A stretch of 63,758 nucleotides of DNA, counting the filler, from Octopus bimaculoides (lineage: Eukaryota), in assembly GCF_001194135.2 (NCBI RefSeq). It is 4 parts of 4 records of this genome, joined end to end, with 100 filler letters (N's around TTAATTAATTAA, not from the genome) between each part and the next. Parts side by side here need not be neighbours in the genome. Positions count along the whole stretch, not along the records: positions 1 to 26,839 come from NC_068981.1; 3 more parts are not named here. One strand, written 5' to 3'. The translations under genes were made by a program, and so were the position numbers. Under the pieces are notes generated by a model. That model was not told the origin of the DNA, did no database searches, and was given only the letters and a program-made list of their open reading frames with translations. Positions 1 to 13,340 of the stretch are shown here, in pieces. Every line of letters begins with the position of its first letter. Positions within the stretch are counted from its first letter, which is position 1.

Positions 1-132
1 CGAAATCGGTCGATACACAGTTAAGTTTATTTAAAAGAAAGTTGGTCATCTTCTGTTGGTTGTTTCTCCTCGCATTAGGTACTAAATGTGGTTATTTTGA
101 GAAGTCCACTGTGTGGCGTTATTATATAAACG

Positions 133-133
133 A

Positions 134-172
<39 letters not shown>

Positions 173-198
173 TAGACAGAGAGAGAGAGTGAGTGAGT

Positions 199-236
<38 letters not shown>
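133..236. repeat. (GATA)n/(GA)n microsatellite
   Basis: Direct tandem repeats visible in the sequence. Confidence 0.95.
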
Positions 237-240
<4 letters not shown>

Positions 241-470
241 GCGCAATGGCCCAGTGGTTAGGGCAGCGGACTCGAGGTCGGAGGATCGTGGTTTCGATTC
301 CCAAACCGGGCGTTGTGTGTGTTTATTGAGCGAAAACACCTAAAGCTCCTCGAGGCTCCGGCAGGGAGTGGTGGCGACTTCTGTTGTACTCTTTCACCCC
401 AACTTTCTCTCACTCTTTCCTCCTGTTTCTTGAATAACGCTGCGATGGACTGGCGTCCCGTCCAGCTGGG
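237..470 (+). mobile_element. tRNA-derived SINE with V-domain-like core, truncated by gap
   Basis: Pol III A box TGGCCCAGTGG (247-257) and B box GGTTTCGATTCC (290-301); GCTGCGATGGACTGGCGTCCCGTCCAG (439-465) resembles the V-SINE central domain; second copy at 55252-55521. Confidence 0.8.
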
Positions 471-648
471 NNNNNNNNNNNNNNNNNNNNNNNNNNNNNN
501 NNNNNNNNNNNNNNNNNNNNNNNNNNNNNNNNNNNNNNNNNNNNNNNNNNNNNNNNNNNNNNNNNNNNNNTACAACCTCTGAGCTATTTGAGCAGACACT
601 TAAACAATCAAAGAATGAAATAAACTAAACAGAATATAATCAACTAAC

Positions 649-701
649 TATTTCGTGGTCAGGTATACTGGCTGGATGAAGAAAATTACGGCAGTCGTTT
701 A
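649..701 (-). CDS. Candidate 53-nt exon (xNDCRNFLHPASIPDHEI)
   Basis: Strong pyrimidine acceptor (ttatttctctttattgttttcccatag), GTTAGT donor, one open frame; no homology recognised; conflicts with an overlapping plus-strand candidate at 663-728. Confidence 0.25.
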
Positions 702-877
702 CTATGGGAAAACAATAAAGAGAAATAACTTCTTTTCATTTTGCCATTATGTATTTTTACATATATATAAAACGAACATTCGTATGTTAAGTTTGACTTT
801 GAGAGAAACTGTGCTTTGCTTTTTTTTTTCTAAATGAATCTAAAGTATCTGTTTGAAATACAAATGTATAATAATTA

Positions 878-1091
878 TCTTTTCTACTCTAGACACAAGG
901 CCCGAAATTTTTGTGGAGGGGGATAGTCGATTAAACCGACTCCAGTACGCAACTAGTACTTAATTTATCGACCCCAGAAGGATGAAAGGCAAAGTCCACA
1001 TCGGCAGAATTTGAACTCAGAACGTAAAGACAGACGAAATACTGCTAAGTATTTCGCCCAGCTTGCTAACGATTATGCCAGCTCGCCACTT
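878..1091 (-). mobile_element. tRNA-derived SINE, dominant family of this window (core CTTTGCCTTTCATCCTTTCGGGGTCGATAAA...GTACCAG)
   Basis: Dispersed repeat with GAGTTCAAATTC B-box; more than 10 diverged copies in the window. Confidence 0.85.
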
Positions 1092-1097
1092 TAATAA

Positions 1098-1293
1098 TTC
1101 TTCCTACTATAGGAACAAGGCCTGAAATTTTGGAGGAGAGGTCATGTCAATTACATCGACCCCAGTGTGTAACTGGTACTCATTTACTCGACCGCGAATG
1201 GATGAAGAGCATAGTCGAAATCGGCAGAATTTGAACTCAGAACGTAGCAAAGCACTTCACTCGGCGAGTTAACGATTCCGCCAGCTCACCGCC
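1098..1293 (-). mobile_element. SINE, dominant family, tandem with previous copy
   Basis: Aligns by eye to 878-1091. Confidence 0.8.
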
Positions 1294-1389
1294 GTTCGCA
1301 GCCTTGATATTAATGATGATGAAGATGATGATGATGATCATCATGATAATGATGATGACAAGAAGAAGAAGAAGAAGAAGATCAAAGAC

Positions 1390-1690
1390 ATGGTATGATC
1401 AATTCTCAGGAGTTACCGAGAATGAATATTGCAAAATCCTGTGGTATGAAATGGTTGATTGCGATCATCAGATCACACGTGGGAAACGTGACTGTTATAC
1501 TGAACAGAAAAGAAAAAAAAACATGCTTGATAATCGACAAAGCATGTTCTGGTGACAACAGGATCGAAGAGAAAAAATAAAAAGTGAACAACTCTGATGA
1601 ATTGAACTGGGAAGCACGCAGGTTGTGTGCAATGAAGAGAGCAGAAGTGATATCGACAGTTATTGGCACGCCTGGGAGAATCAGCACTCA
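1390..1690 (+). mobile_element. R4/Dong-like non-LTR retrotransposon, RLE C-terminal fragment
   Basis: Translates to WY...ENEYCKILW...LIIDKACSGDNRIEEK...VIGTPG, typical of the R4/Dong restriction-like endonuclease region; follows a (GAT)n(GAA)n tract. Confidence 0.75.
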
Positions 1691-2245
1691 ACAACTAGCA
1701 TGGTTCAAAAAGACTGGTACGATTGTAAACATAGAACATCTACACTTATCATCATTGCTTGGAAGAGTAGTTGTACTCGGCTGGGTTCTTGAAGCACGAT
1801 CAGTAAACAAGTGTCACCTTAGTCTGCTCGTTTTCATTAGATGACACTTTCCATCAGACTCAGCAAAATAAACTGAAAGTTTTCACCAGACACTTGCTCT
1901 GATCTTAACTGATTAGAAGTGTTATCATGTACATGTTTTATCTTGGTCTAAAAGATGGGCGACAGCAAATATACTGTTCAATACCACAGATTTGCTCATA
2001 AGTTGAGCATGTCCTTTAATGGTTGTAAATTCATACGCTGTTTATCTTGATATGAGGCCATCAGGTCGCACACATATGATTGTGATGCATGTGCCTTTGT
2101 ACTCTTATTAGATCGGATGTTATGATGGGCATATTGGCCTTTGAATATTTATACTCCAGTGTCATTTTGATGACATTCGCTGCTCTCTCATTCAATAATA
2201 ATAATAATTATTATTATTATTATTATTATTATTATAATGATAATA

Positions 2246-2378
2246 AGTGTGTAAACTGGGAATGCATATACCTGTAAATTTGCGTGTGTAAACTGGGAAT
2301 GCATACAATGAGCTTCTCTGCCTTAGGTGTACGGAAAAGACTCGGCGAGAAATGGAAGAAAAATTGAAGAAAGTAAAC
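2246..2378 (+). mobile_element. R4/Dong-like 3'UTR fragment
   Basis: Near-identical to the 3'UTR at about 49615-49715, which follows an RLE ORF end; preceded by an AAT/ATT tract; TGTGTAAACTGGGAATGCATA is duplicated internally. Confidence 0.75.
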
Positions 2379-2454
2379 ATGTGTCATCTCAGTCTCTTGG
2401 CTATGGACAGCTGACTCTTTCCATCATACCCAGCAAAATAAGCTGTAAGTTTTC

Positions 2455-2457
<3 letters not shown>

Positions 2458-2521
<64 letters not shown>
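2458..2521. repeat. (AAT)n microsatellite
   Basis: Direct. Confidence 0.95.
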
Positions 2522-3214
2522 CAGCTACGCGCTGAATAACAACATGTATGTGCTCCACCGGGCTCTCTGTTCAAAAACAAACGTAATCTAATAACATCGG
2601 TGGAATGGCATAAAAGAACCACTGGAAGGCTTGAAGGAGGCAATCTTTTAACGAAAATAATCACAGAAACAAAATTTTACTGCCATACAACGCACAGTTT
2701 CTCCTGTTCACGATGTCTCAGTGAAACATGTGCGAAGCACACACGCGAAATCAACAGCGGAAAGTTTACAAATTATAAAATATAAATGGAACAAATCAGT
2801 AATACATAAATTGATTATTTACGCATACACTCGATTGTCTACACGATCATATATACATTTTAATACCCATAAAACTACACACACATCCCAATGTTTACAC
2901 AAATACGTGAAATTTACAGGACACACATACACGCATGCGAAAACACGTGCCACAAACGAAGCAAAAACAGACAAAAACCAAAACAAAACAAAACAATTCT
3001 CTATTTTCCGAACTAACGCAGAATGAACAATTCATAAGTTTAAAACACCACAAAAATCTTTGCCCGGAGATATATCTATCAACAAAAAATATACAGAAGA
3101 ATACAGGTCTGTTAGCTTTAAGAAGCTACTTTACAAGCATTCTTTTCATTCAGAGAACCAAGAACATGTGCCCTCTCCAATTCCTTATCTCCGATTCATA
3201 GGTCTACACTTAGA

Positions 3215-4183
3215 GAGGTAGCTTTCACTGCTGCCATTTTCGCAACTTTCACCCACCTTTCAATAAACTCCCTCTTGGACAGCACTTCCCTTTCCACTGT
3301 CAATTACTTTTTCGAGTGAAACTTGAAGACGTCACTAAGAGCACTCAGCCTTGTCCACCAAAACCTCTTTCGCCACAGCCAACAAGCAAAGGAACACTGC
3401 CTTGCCAACCCAATTGAAGGAGGGCGACGGTGCGATCATTACTACAGACTCAGCCGCCAGATGGATCCGTCCCAAACGTAACAGTAGCTGTTCGACATAA
3501 CCCCACAAGTCAGCAATGCCTGGACACTGAACGAGTACTTTAAAAGCGGTTTCAACACACTGCGTGCACCTCGGACCAGCCCATCTATCTCGAACGGCCT
3601 ATTTAATCCACCACTCAGAGCGTGCTGGCAACAGATTAACCACCTGACCATTGGAACACGTCCTTTCGACTAGAAATTTGAACGGGAGACACTCCAACCT
3701 GGTCAAGCAGTAACCGGGACACGACATGACGGTCAGGCAATAAATAATAACGGAGGCGATGTAATCATTCCCAACCTCTGCCCGACTTTTCAGGGACACC
3801 TTCTTCTCAGCCCATTACTGGGTAAGACTGGGCACCCTGGTCGCCACCTCGTCCCAGTTCTTATCAACCTGGAGGCCGGGACCAAACCAGACTCTAAGCA
3901 TTTTAACTGGTCCGTCGGTCCAGCGTCGTACGACGCCGTCCGATGGCATTTTCCTGCCTCTCCATAGACCAACCGCAAACCCAACGATTTGTCGGCGTTG
4001 ATTTCAGCCCCTGCAGCCGATTCATATTCTTTCTAGACGGTGCCTTTAGGATGGAAGCGCCTGTCACCATCATGGTGACGTCGTCCACGTATGCCGACAC
4101 TGCCCTGCTGTGTCCCAGTTCGAAAGGGATGCCCCTTACCTGTTCCAACTTCTACAGCAGAGGCTCGAGTGCCAATACGTACA
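3215..4183 (-). mobile_element. L1/Tx1-clade LINE ORF2 fragment (RT and C-terminal region), frameshifted
   Basis: ALEPLL...VSAYVDDVT; WTDGPVKMLG-like segment; SLKSRAEV...IASVIIYCLTV; CQHALSGGLN, all characteristic of L1/Tx1 RT. Confidence 0.8.
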
Positions 4184-4294
4184 GATATATACGTATAGAG
4201 AAAATGGTTAATTTTTCCATTCCTATTTGTGAACCGATATCCTGTCATTGTTTTCCTTAATACTAAACCTAGGGGAATTAAACGTAAGACAAAT

Positions 4295-4485
4295 ATTCCT
4301 GAAATTTCGGGGGAGGGGGGTATCAGTCGATCAGAACGACTCCAGTACGCAACTAGTACATAATTTATCGATAGATGAAATCAAAGTCGACCCCGGCGGA
4401 ATTTGAACTCAGAACGAAGCGGCAGACGAAATATCGCTAAGCATTTCGCCTGGCATGTTATCGATTCTGCCAGCTCACTGCCTTT
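4295..4485 (-). mobile_element. SINE, dominant family
   Basis: Homologous to 878-1091. Confidence 0.8.
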
Positions 4486-5107
4486 AAGACAAATATTAAA
4501 GGGGACAACGAGACACTCTGGAAAATTCCTCTTTTCCTATTATCTTTCCCTTAGAGTGTGTCACCTGAGTAGAGATCTACTTTCTATTTCTTCATACTAA
4601 TTAATTCTCTTATGTTGTCTGCTGTACTGAATATACTGAGACATTCATTTATCCATTAGTGTGAAATCACGTCATAGATTTTCTTATAATTTATCCATGC
4701 TATTGTTAGATTTTTCTTTCTCACTTTTACGTTATTTAGATATGCTTCGTCTATATATAATAGTTCATGCGTTCCTCTAGCCTTCTTCCTGCAACTATTT
4801 TTTTTAATTCCGGCCGTAAATTCTGGTTGTCAAACTACTCGTAATTACTTTCTGAAAGCATTCCTGTTAACTTCCGTCGATGTGAACTTCCACCAACAGC
4901 ATTGTCTGACTAGCTTTGGAGTGTAAGCGCCTGACAACACTGTAAGTCCCAGTTACCCTATTCCTCTCAACGTTTGATCGTTTGATCCAGGACTGCAGCT
5001 CAGTGAAAGAGACGTGCTGTGGGAAATCGCGTCTGGCAAACGGCGACCACGCCTGCTCACCGTCTAAGAAACGCTATAGATATCGCAGCCTCAGCGCATG
5101 TCTGGAG

Positions 5108-5142
5108 GAAGAAGAAGAAGAAGAAGAAGAAGAAGAAGAAGA
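5108..5142. repeat. (GAA)n microsatellite
   Basis: Direct. Confidence 0.95.
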
Positions 5143-6303
5143 ATTGCTAAGTATTTCCTGGGCGTATTAGTAAAGTTCGTATTGTTGCATGGATATTTTC
5201 CAACATTAAGTTAATTTACTGTGGTGTTACAAAAAAATTAACTAATTTATCCGTCAAATTATTAATAAATAAGATAATACATATATGATGTCATTTTAGA
5301 CACGTAATGTGAAAGCAGGCTTCACCTACTATTTATCACAAACATCTAATGAACGAACATATAGAATTTCTAGCATAAAACATATACAATACGAATCGCC
5401 TAAAATATCTTTTTATAATAATAGTAATAATCCTAATCTCATATATAAATGGCAGTTTATGTTTATCTTTCTGTTACCATCTTACTGCCTAAACAGCTAA
5501 CCATTATTCACGAAACTTTATATACATAATAAACTAACATCCAGTTCAATTATGAGCTAATTGTATTTCTATAAAATCGATAACGGGCTCCCTGGAGGTG
5601 TTGCGGGAATTATATGATAAAATAAAAAGGTTGCAAAGAAAATTAGTCTGATGGAATGTAGCAGCAAAAGTGGGTGTGACTGATATCAGGGAAGGGGAGA
5701 ACAGAGTTATATAAACAACAAATATGGACTGGCAATGTTATAATAACGCTAATGTAGCTGTCATATGCACCCGAAGCTGCATACATACTTTCGTAAATAC
5801 ATGGATAGATACATACACACAACACACACCCTACACATGCACATACATATAACTAACTTGTAGAACGCCGAGGAAGGGAGAGAAAGGTATTAGTGAGGAA
5901 TGCATAGCTTTAAGCAAAGAGGAGGTAGGTGGCTTTTCTGCTGTCAATCGCAAAGAAACACTCACACACAGATATACATACACACATACATTTACATATA
6001 TACGTCCATACATACATACATATGTCTACTATGCACCATGTTAGACTCTTGATTACTTGTGTGTACATTTGTAAATGTGTGTGTATATGTGTATATGTGT
6101 GTGTGAGTGTGTGTGCGAATGTGTGTGCGTGTTTGTATGCATGTGTGTGTATGCGTGTGTCACGTCCTATAACTGTCTGTCTCTAATTTTGTAGGGTCTG
6201 CCTTCCATATTTGTGAGGTTTTAAATTTCGTCAAAACGTTCAAATTTGGTATATTGAAATAATTTTCCACGTTAAATCCGATTTTGTTATTTGCTTGTTC
6301 TAG

Positions 6304-6455
6304 AAAAATTGCAGAAAAATGTGACTCAGAAAACAGCATTAGGAAGCTGGCATTTTGAGCATGATAGCTGTTTATCACAAAATGAAAGCAAAATCATTAG
6401 GAGGAAGAATTTTTATTTAAACAAACGAAAGCAAAGCATTACGACGACCAAAGTT
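6304..6455 (+). CDS. Candidate 152-nt exon (EKLQKNVTQKTALGSWHFEHDSCLSQNESKIIRRKNFYLNKRKQSITTTKV)
   Basis: Acceptor ttttgttatttgcttgttctag, donor GTAAGC, one open frame ending in phase 0; no homology recognised. Confidence 0.3.
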
Positions 6456-6789
6456 GTAAGCACTTCTGAAGTTTCAATAAGTTTTAATGAATAAAGGCAT
6501 GTGGAATGGTCAAACAGACACGTAAATTATTTTAAAAGCAAAAGATTCCACAACGAAATTTTTTGCGATAAGTTTCACAGATTTGTCCTGATCAAGAGGC
6601 TTATCTGTCGGGGAAGGCATGGTGTGACATGGAATATACAAAAATTTATATACGACATACTATTATAAAAATTGCCCGGCAACAACGGGATATTCATCTA
6701 GTATTTTATAAATTGTCCATAATACTATTTTGCACTTTCCTACAGTCGCAATTATCTGGAAAGAATTGTAGTGTAATATATTTAATCGC

Positions 6790-7040
6790 GTTTGTGAGTT
6801 TGTGCGTGGACATTATGTCATCGTTAACCTTGTGTGCGGTTGATCAACCAATTCCAAGCAGGAGTGACTTACAGCAGGAGTTGCACTGTTATTTTCCTGA
6901 GTCATCATGTTATCCTTCTACGCCAATCTGTCACAAGGACCGAAGCAATCTGAAACGACATATTTTTCCCAACATAACGCACAACTGGTCTGGGAATCGA
7001 AACTATGATCGTGGATGCAACAGTTTAACCACGAAACGAC
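6790..7040 (-). mobile_element. Degenerate tRNA-derived SINE
   Basis: Reverse strand shows a B-box-like AGTTTCGATTCCC followed by SINE-like body. Confidence 0.45.
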
Positions 7041-7773
7041 GCACCTTTCAATAGTTGATGGCCGTTGACTCGGTTGAGTTCGTCCACTCATTGACGGGTT
7101 TTGTTTTTTCGTCTCGCAGTGTGTCTACTAAATCCTCCTCGTCACCAATCCAGCATTGTGGGGTTACCAGTTTAGTCACCAATGACCCAACCGTGCTACT
7201 GCTTGTACTACGTTACATGTTACCAGTAGCGCTCGGGAGCGACCTGAAATAATTATGTACTCATATGTGTGTGAGTTGCTGTGTACTTATATATGTGTAT
7301 GCGTGTATACGTGTATTCAAATATAATGCAATATGATTTTGTGTACTTGTGTATCAGTTTTTGAATGTGCTTGTATGTATTCAACTTGCAGTTTAAGAAA
7401 TTTGTACTGCGTTTCGTCGGTGTGTGGGGGTGGTAACATATTCCATTTCACGTACAACTTGATCACTTTGCCTATATATAAATATGTTAATAGCGAGTAA
7501 CTATTGTAAAAATTAGAAAAGAAATGTGAAATCATATTTCTTCATAATTATTGATCAAAAATGTATGACTTTCTTAGCTTCAGTATTTTTTGACACCAAA
7601 GCAGAAACTTAAGCAGTCAATTCGTTTGAGCAAACAAATCGGGCAAAAACACAGGACTTCATTATTTACATGGTTGCAATAAATAATAGGTGCAGTGGAT
7701 AAACATTAGTGGTGTACGCTTAAGTCAACTGTATACAAAGTATTCAGTATAAAACAATCGAATCTTCGCTCTG

Positions 7774-7774
<1 letters not shown>

Positions 7775-7833
<59 letters not shown>

Positions 7834-7922
7834 NNNNNNNNNNCACGCACACACACAGACACACACACACACACAGACACACACACACTCAAACACACAC
7901 ATTCACACACACATACACACAC
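7775..7922. repeat. (AC)n microsatellite with gap
   Basis: Direct. Confidence 0.95.
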
Positions 7923-8089
7923 TCTCGAACTTACATACTTTCGTATATGTGTGCGTGTGTGTGTTCACAAGCATGCCATGCTTTGCTATGCTACCATCGA
8001 AGCAGTATAATTGCAATAAGTATGCACTAATTGTGCATAATATAATTATGTACCCATAATTCCCGGCGATAGAGATATCTCTATCTCGA

Positions 8090-8620
8090 ACAGATTGACT
8101 ACAAGTTCAAAGTGAATTTTCCGAATATTATACGGAAAGATGAAAAGAAAATCGTAAACGCTATGGCGGATATGTTGATCCCTTCTTATCAAAATATTTT
8201 TGCAGGAAAACGAAATTTTATGGAAGCTAAAAATATAACGATTTTGATGTAATAAACATATGAGGTTTGAGAGTACAGAGAGTAAGTAAACATATTAATT
8301 GATTCCCTTCATTGGATTAATTTCGGTATGGTGAAAAACATAAGAGAACTTCTTAATATTTATATAGATACTTTGACAGAAAAATAAACAAGTTTGAGAA
8401 AGCCCTAAATAATATCTTCATAGACGAGCATTCTAGAGTGTAATTCTCAAAACAACCACCCATCGTTCCCTACGCAATTTTCCATCTGCCTGATAACAAT
8501 GTTTTACAAGATAACAAAACTATATAAAAAGAGACAATTCCACTAAAAAAATAAAACCATACAAAATTAAATCAATAAAGCAAATTCTGGATGGAACTGT
8601 GAGTATTGAAACACAGGTAT
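8090..8620 (+). mobile_element. Highly decayed Penelope-like fragment (RT-EN linker)
   Basis: Frameshifted IPFIG...KINKFEKALN...FSKQPPIVPY resembles the PLE linker motif F..PP.V.Y. Confidence 0.35.
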
Positions 8621-8779
8621 ACAGATTACCATGTTTAATGAACTGTAGGTGATTTTCTACTTTTTAAACTTAAGCAATAACATCGCTGCTGGAGAAGAGT
8701 TATACGTATAGAATTCTCATTTATAAAGGGGTATTCGGAGAAATATATACTTATTTGAGAGTTCTGGTATTTATTAGTC

Positions 8780-9330
8780 CTAAAGTAAATCCCTAAAAGC
8801 TACTGTAGTAATTGGATACAACACCTAGTCTTTCTCCTGCAAAATGGAAGCACTCAGGAAATCCTGTCCATGTGTTCAATTAACCGTCAATCTGAAAAGT
8901 CAAAAAGAACTTGTCAACAGCATCAATCTTACCAATTGCGAGTGCCTCCGAAGTTCACTGGTAAAATATCCGCCACTGATCTTAACTTTGAAACAGCTAA
9001 ATGCGATCTACCGTAATCCAGACTGTTTGCATATCTTGAGATATATTCTTGGGAATAGTGGGTGTCTTCTCTTATTTGTTCTTTTGTCTGTCCCCAGAAA
9101 TCTGCCAAAGTTGCTTGATTTCCACCTCTTTCTCAAAATTCTCAGACGATATTGGAACGCTGCTGGTTACGGCCCGGTGAGGAACCGTCCCTAAAAGACA
9201 GAAAGTATGGATCTCTTTCGAAGTTATCTGCGCTTTTTTAATTTTTATTTTTGGTGGAACACGTAGGAATAGAATATTCTGTCTCCTATCACTGTCATTG
9301 CCTTTTCTTAAGTTCTCCACCACTTGTGGG
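8780..9330 (-). mobile_element. Decayed CR1/L2/Jockey-like RT fragment
   Basis: PISSENFEKEV..QL, SKLRS and FQIDG segments in RT domain order, with stops and frameshifts. Confidence 0.4.
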
Positions 9331-9480
9331 TTGAAAGACCTCACGAGACCCTTTACTGCTTTATACGTAGCAGCTGAGATTTTCCGTCGCGAGCAATCAG
9401 GCCCGAGTCTTCCTATTAGAATTAGATTTCTCTTTTTACGATCAGTATTTGCTCTTTGTCGTCCCAGGAGCATTGAGGAT

Positions 9481-9481
9481 A

Positions 9482-9520
<39 letters not shown>

Positions 9521-9652
9521 TTGAGAAGAAGATAAAAAGAAAGAAGATAAGAAGAAGAAAAAGAAAGAAAATGAAGATAAAAAAAGAAGAAATAAAGACG
9601 AAATAAAAGAAGAAGAAGAAGAAGAAGAAGAAGAAGAAGAAGAAGAAGAAGA
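9481..9652. repeat. (GAT)n plus (GAA)n low-complexity tract
   Basis: Direct. Confidence 0.9.
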
Positions 9653-10879
9653 GTAGGGGGAGTTATGTAAGCATTTTTTTTTTCTTTTCTAAGAAACGAT
9701 CTGATGAGATCAAATATTTTGAGATTACATATGAACTATACAATTTGACAATGTCGAACACTTTTAATATTCGACGGAGTTGTGGTGGGAGTTATTTATA
9801 TAACGGTGGTGGAAATATGAAGTAAAAAGTTTGCTTATAAATCATATTAAAATATTGACTGGAAATGAGTACAAGTGAATATATAATAAATAGTCAAAGG
9901 GATAATGTTTCTCTGTGTAATTTCCTGTGTGATTGTGTGTGTTCACGCGTTTGTATGTGAGGGTGTGTGTATGTGTGTATACATATTTGTGCGTGTGTGT
10001 GAGAAAGAGAGAGAGAGGGGGGAATAGAAATAGAAATGGTGAATGAAAGGCAGAAAATCTGTGTGTGGTACATGAAACTATTGACAAAGTCAGAGCGTCA
10101 AATATTCAGTAGCTAACTGGTAATTTACGCTGATCATACATTTGTATTTGTAGATGTGCTAAATGTTGTAAATGCGAATTTATAAATGAATCAGCGAAAA
10201 GTTAATCCAAAAACGCCTAAATTAATTTCTTTCAAAATGATTATATGTTATACACTGTTTTAATTCTAATTGGATTCATTTCATTAATAAGAGAATTAAT
10301 GCTTTCAATTAAGCTATTTGACGGTTTCATATAATTGTTAATTGGCCTTTAATTTCCATAAGATGGCAGCTGTTAATTAAGTAAACTTTGTTAGACATAC
10401 GTGTTTATATTCTAACATTCGTAGACTCACACATGTGTGTGTGCTTGTGTGCGTAATTGTGTGTGTTCATGCGTTTCTGTGTGAGGGTATGTGCATGTGT
10501 GCATACATATTTGTGTGTGTGTGTGAGGGTGACAGACAGAGAGAGGAAGAGGGAGAGAGGGGGAGTAAAGAGAGATAGAAATGGTGACAGATCGGTGAAA
10601 TGATTGGTGAAGTAGCTGCGACAATAAAGATCTTAAGAGAGCAAAACCTATAATTAATTGTGATAAAAATGATTTCGAACCATAACTGGAATAATATGAC
10701 GCAAATATCGACCTCAGTATGCCACTTGATATTTATCGTATCGATCAGGGTTAGATAAAATTCAGTCAAACGAAACTATTTTTTTTGTTTTATTTTTCTG
10801 CTGCTATAACATTTATCCTATCTTGAGTAGGGTCAACTGCCTTTTTCATTAAGATTACTGAGATGTCCACTTCAAAGAA

Positions 10880-11275
10880 CTTGTCGCTAAACTTGGCCTT
10901 CTACACCTGTCATAAACTGCTATGTTGTTTTCCTCTGCTCTAATGCTGTGTTCGCATCCAATAAGTCCTCTTCCATTCTTTTTCTTGGTACACACAGTCT
11001 GTCTGTGTCACATTTTAGGTGGAGTGACCCATATCTTGATAGCAACTTGCTCGTCTTTCTGTCTAAGCTGCTTAGTTAGTCTACTGTCCATGCAACTTCC
11101 CCTGCTCCATATCTAAGGTGTGAAACCGCCCAGGTGTTGATAGCTTTGATCTTATTCCGTTTAATTTCGATTTAAGGATCAGTCTCAGTCTGTGCAAGCA
11201 CTCCACCTTAAATATTTCTGTCATTTCTTTCTTCATCAATTTATCCATTTTCAATATCCCCAAGTACTTATAGCC
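10880..11275 (-). mobile_element. R4/Dong-like RT C-terminal fragment
   Basis: YLGIL...RLRLILKSKLNG / NKIKAINTWAV...RYGAG...LDRKT.KLL...LHLKCDTDRL..PRK, a characteristic R4/Dong pattern. Confidence 0.8.
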
Positions 11276-11681
11276 CGTCTCTTTTATCTACTTCATTACC
11301 ACCCCCGGCGGTATCGTTAGTCCGTCCATCCATTTTATTTTGCTTCTCTTCAATGCTAACACACCACACTTTCTCAGTCCGAACTCCATTCTCATATCAG
11401 CGCTGAAGGTAGACACCGTATCAACGAGGGAACTGATTTGGGCTTCATCTTTACGATAAATTTTGATTTTGTTGTTGCTGTTGTTATGATATGCATTTGT
11501 ATTTCATCTTTATTAATATCTATATGCGCTAATGAAAATACGCAAAAAACACATACATATACGCTTGTATGCGGGCGTGTATATATGTGTGTTTGTGTGT
11601 GTCTGTGTGTGTGCGTGTGCGTGCGAGTGTGTATGTATGAGTTGGAGAGACAATTTCTCTTTCTCTTTCCGTATATACGTG

Positions 11682-11686
<5 letters not shown>

Positions 11687-11746
<60 letters not shown>
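11687..11746. repeat. (TA)n microsatellite
   Basis: Direct. Confidence 0.95.
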
Positions 11747-11750
<4 letters not shown>

Positions 11751-12323
11751 TATAGGTACAAGTATGCATATGAGAGAGAACGATAAAAATAGAGAGTGAA
11801 AGAGAGAGTAAGAGACAGAGAGAAAATAGATTGGATAGAATATTTATATTCATATGCAAACTATGCCAACACTTCGGTCACATAATTGCTATCTAGTTCC
11901 TATTTTCATGGTATTTTATGCTCTTCATTTACTTTAAAAGATATATCGAGTGAAGAGGCAAGATATGCTTATTTAACGAAACGTATTGAAGCAAACGTTT
12001 AACGTCCATGGCGCCAGTTTAATTTTCAGCGTTTATTTTCATCATGAGGTATTAATTTCTTGATTCAAATATTATGTTTGGTTACATATATTTATGTGTA
12101 CATATGTCCATATGTAGGATATGAATTTTTATATGCTTCTGAATCCTTTTTCTATTATCAATGCAACATTCACGAGATGTTTGCTGTCTGCTACCACACT
12201 ACCAGCAAAATCACTGGCACACTGAAGTTCTTTCATCTAAATGACATATAAGCAAAATACATACATTCCTACATACGTGCATATATATATATGTGTATAC
12301 ACACACACACACAAATATATATG

Positions 12324-13340
12324 TAGTGTTATCCCATAAATAATGCGTTTTTTTTTTATACTTTGCAAAATTAAGATAAGCAAAGTTTTTTTTTTTATTC
12401 TAAAATATGCGATCCTTCATTTTCTACAATGCCCTTCCATATTTATGGTAGACGTACAAGGCCTTTCTTCCAAAATTCACTTGTCCGTGACAAAAATACT
12501 CCGCCAGTACTGTTCCGACCTCGTCATCAGAATTCATATTTTTTTCCGTCCAGATGATTTGGAAGATGGCAGAATAAATGATAAGCAGCTGGGGCAATGT
12601 CCGGCGAATATGGTCGTTGGGGCATCGTTTTCCATTCAAAGTGCTCCAGCCTTTGGAATATTATCCTCGCTGTATGTAGCCGAGCATTAACCTAATGGAT
12701 GATTACCTTTCTTCTTGGAACCAAAGATGGTCATTTTCCTTCTAGCGCTGACTTAAGCCGCTCAAGTCGCTCGCAATAGATCCCCATTGATATCGTTTGG
12801 TTTGGCCTTAAAAGTCCAAAGTGGACTAAGCCTTTCATATCCCACGAAACAGGCAGCAACGCCTTACGTGGGTGAAGACCTTCTTTAGTCCGGGGTGCCG
12901 CTGTTTCTCCTTCCTCTACCCATTGTCTTCGGCGCTTTACATTTTTATAGAGAACTCATTTCTCGTCACGAAGCACTATTCGGTCCAAAGAATGTTCATT
13001 TATGAGGCGTGACAGCAAAGAAGAGCACACATTCACTCTGCACGCGATTAGACTCGGAAAGTTTGTGAGGAACCCATTGCCGATGAATGGTTGAATGACC
13101 AAATCCAAGATTCTCTGCTAGTTTCTCAGCAGTTACGGTGGGATTTCGTTCCACCAGAGTTTGCAGGACGTCCTCGTCGACCTCTTCAGATCTAACAGGA
13201 CTAGGCTCATATTCTAGGCTGTAGTTTTCGGGTCGGAATTTCTGGAACACACACGTATTATTTGTTTTAGCCCAAATACTATGAACATGCTGGGGCACCG
13301 CCAGTATTATCACCTTTTCTTTTGTCATTCTTTTGTATTT
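12324..13340 (-). mobile_element. Mariner transposon relic (pseudogenised transposase)
   Basis: WVPHKLS, KGLVHF.LL, HLDNARLHTA and PYSPDIAP..YHLF motifs; stops and frameshifts. Confidence 0.9.

Noticed and set aside
237-310. Possible tRNA gene (also 16565-16620 and 61741-61810)
   Set aside because: A and B boxes present, but the cloverleaf does not close and the sequence continues into SINE body or decays; SINE heads.
9690-12240. Additional short open frames after AG sites (about 9693 plus, 11941 plus, 12236 minus)
   Set aside because: End in stops or lack good donors; no motif support.
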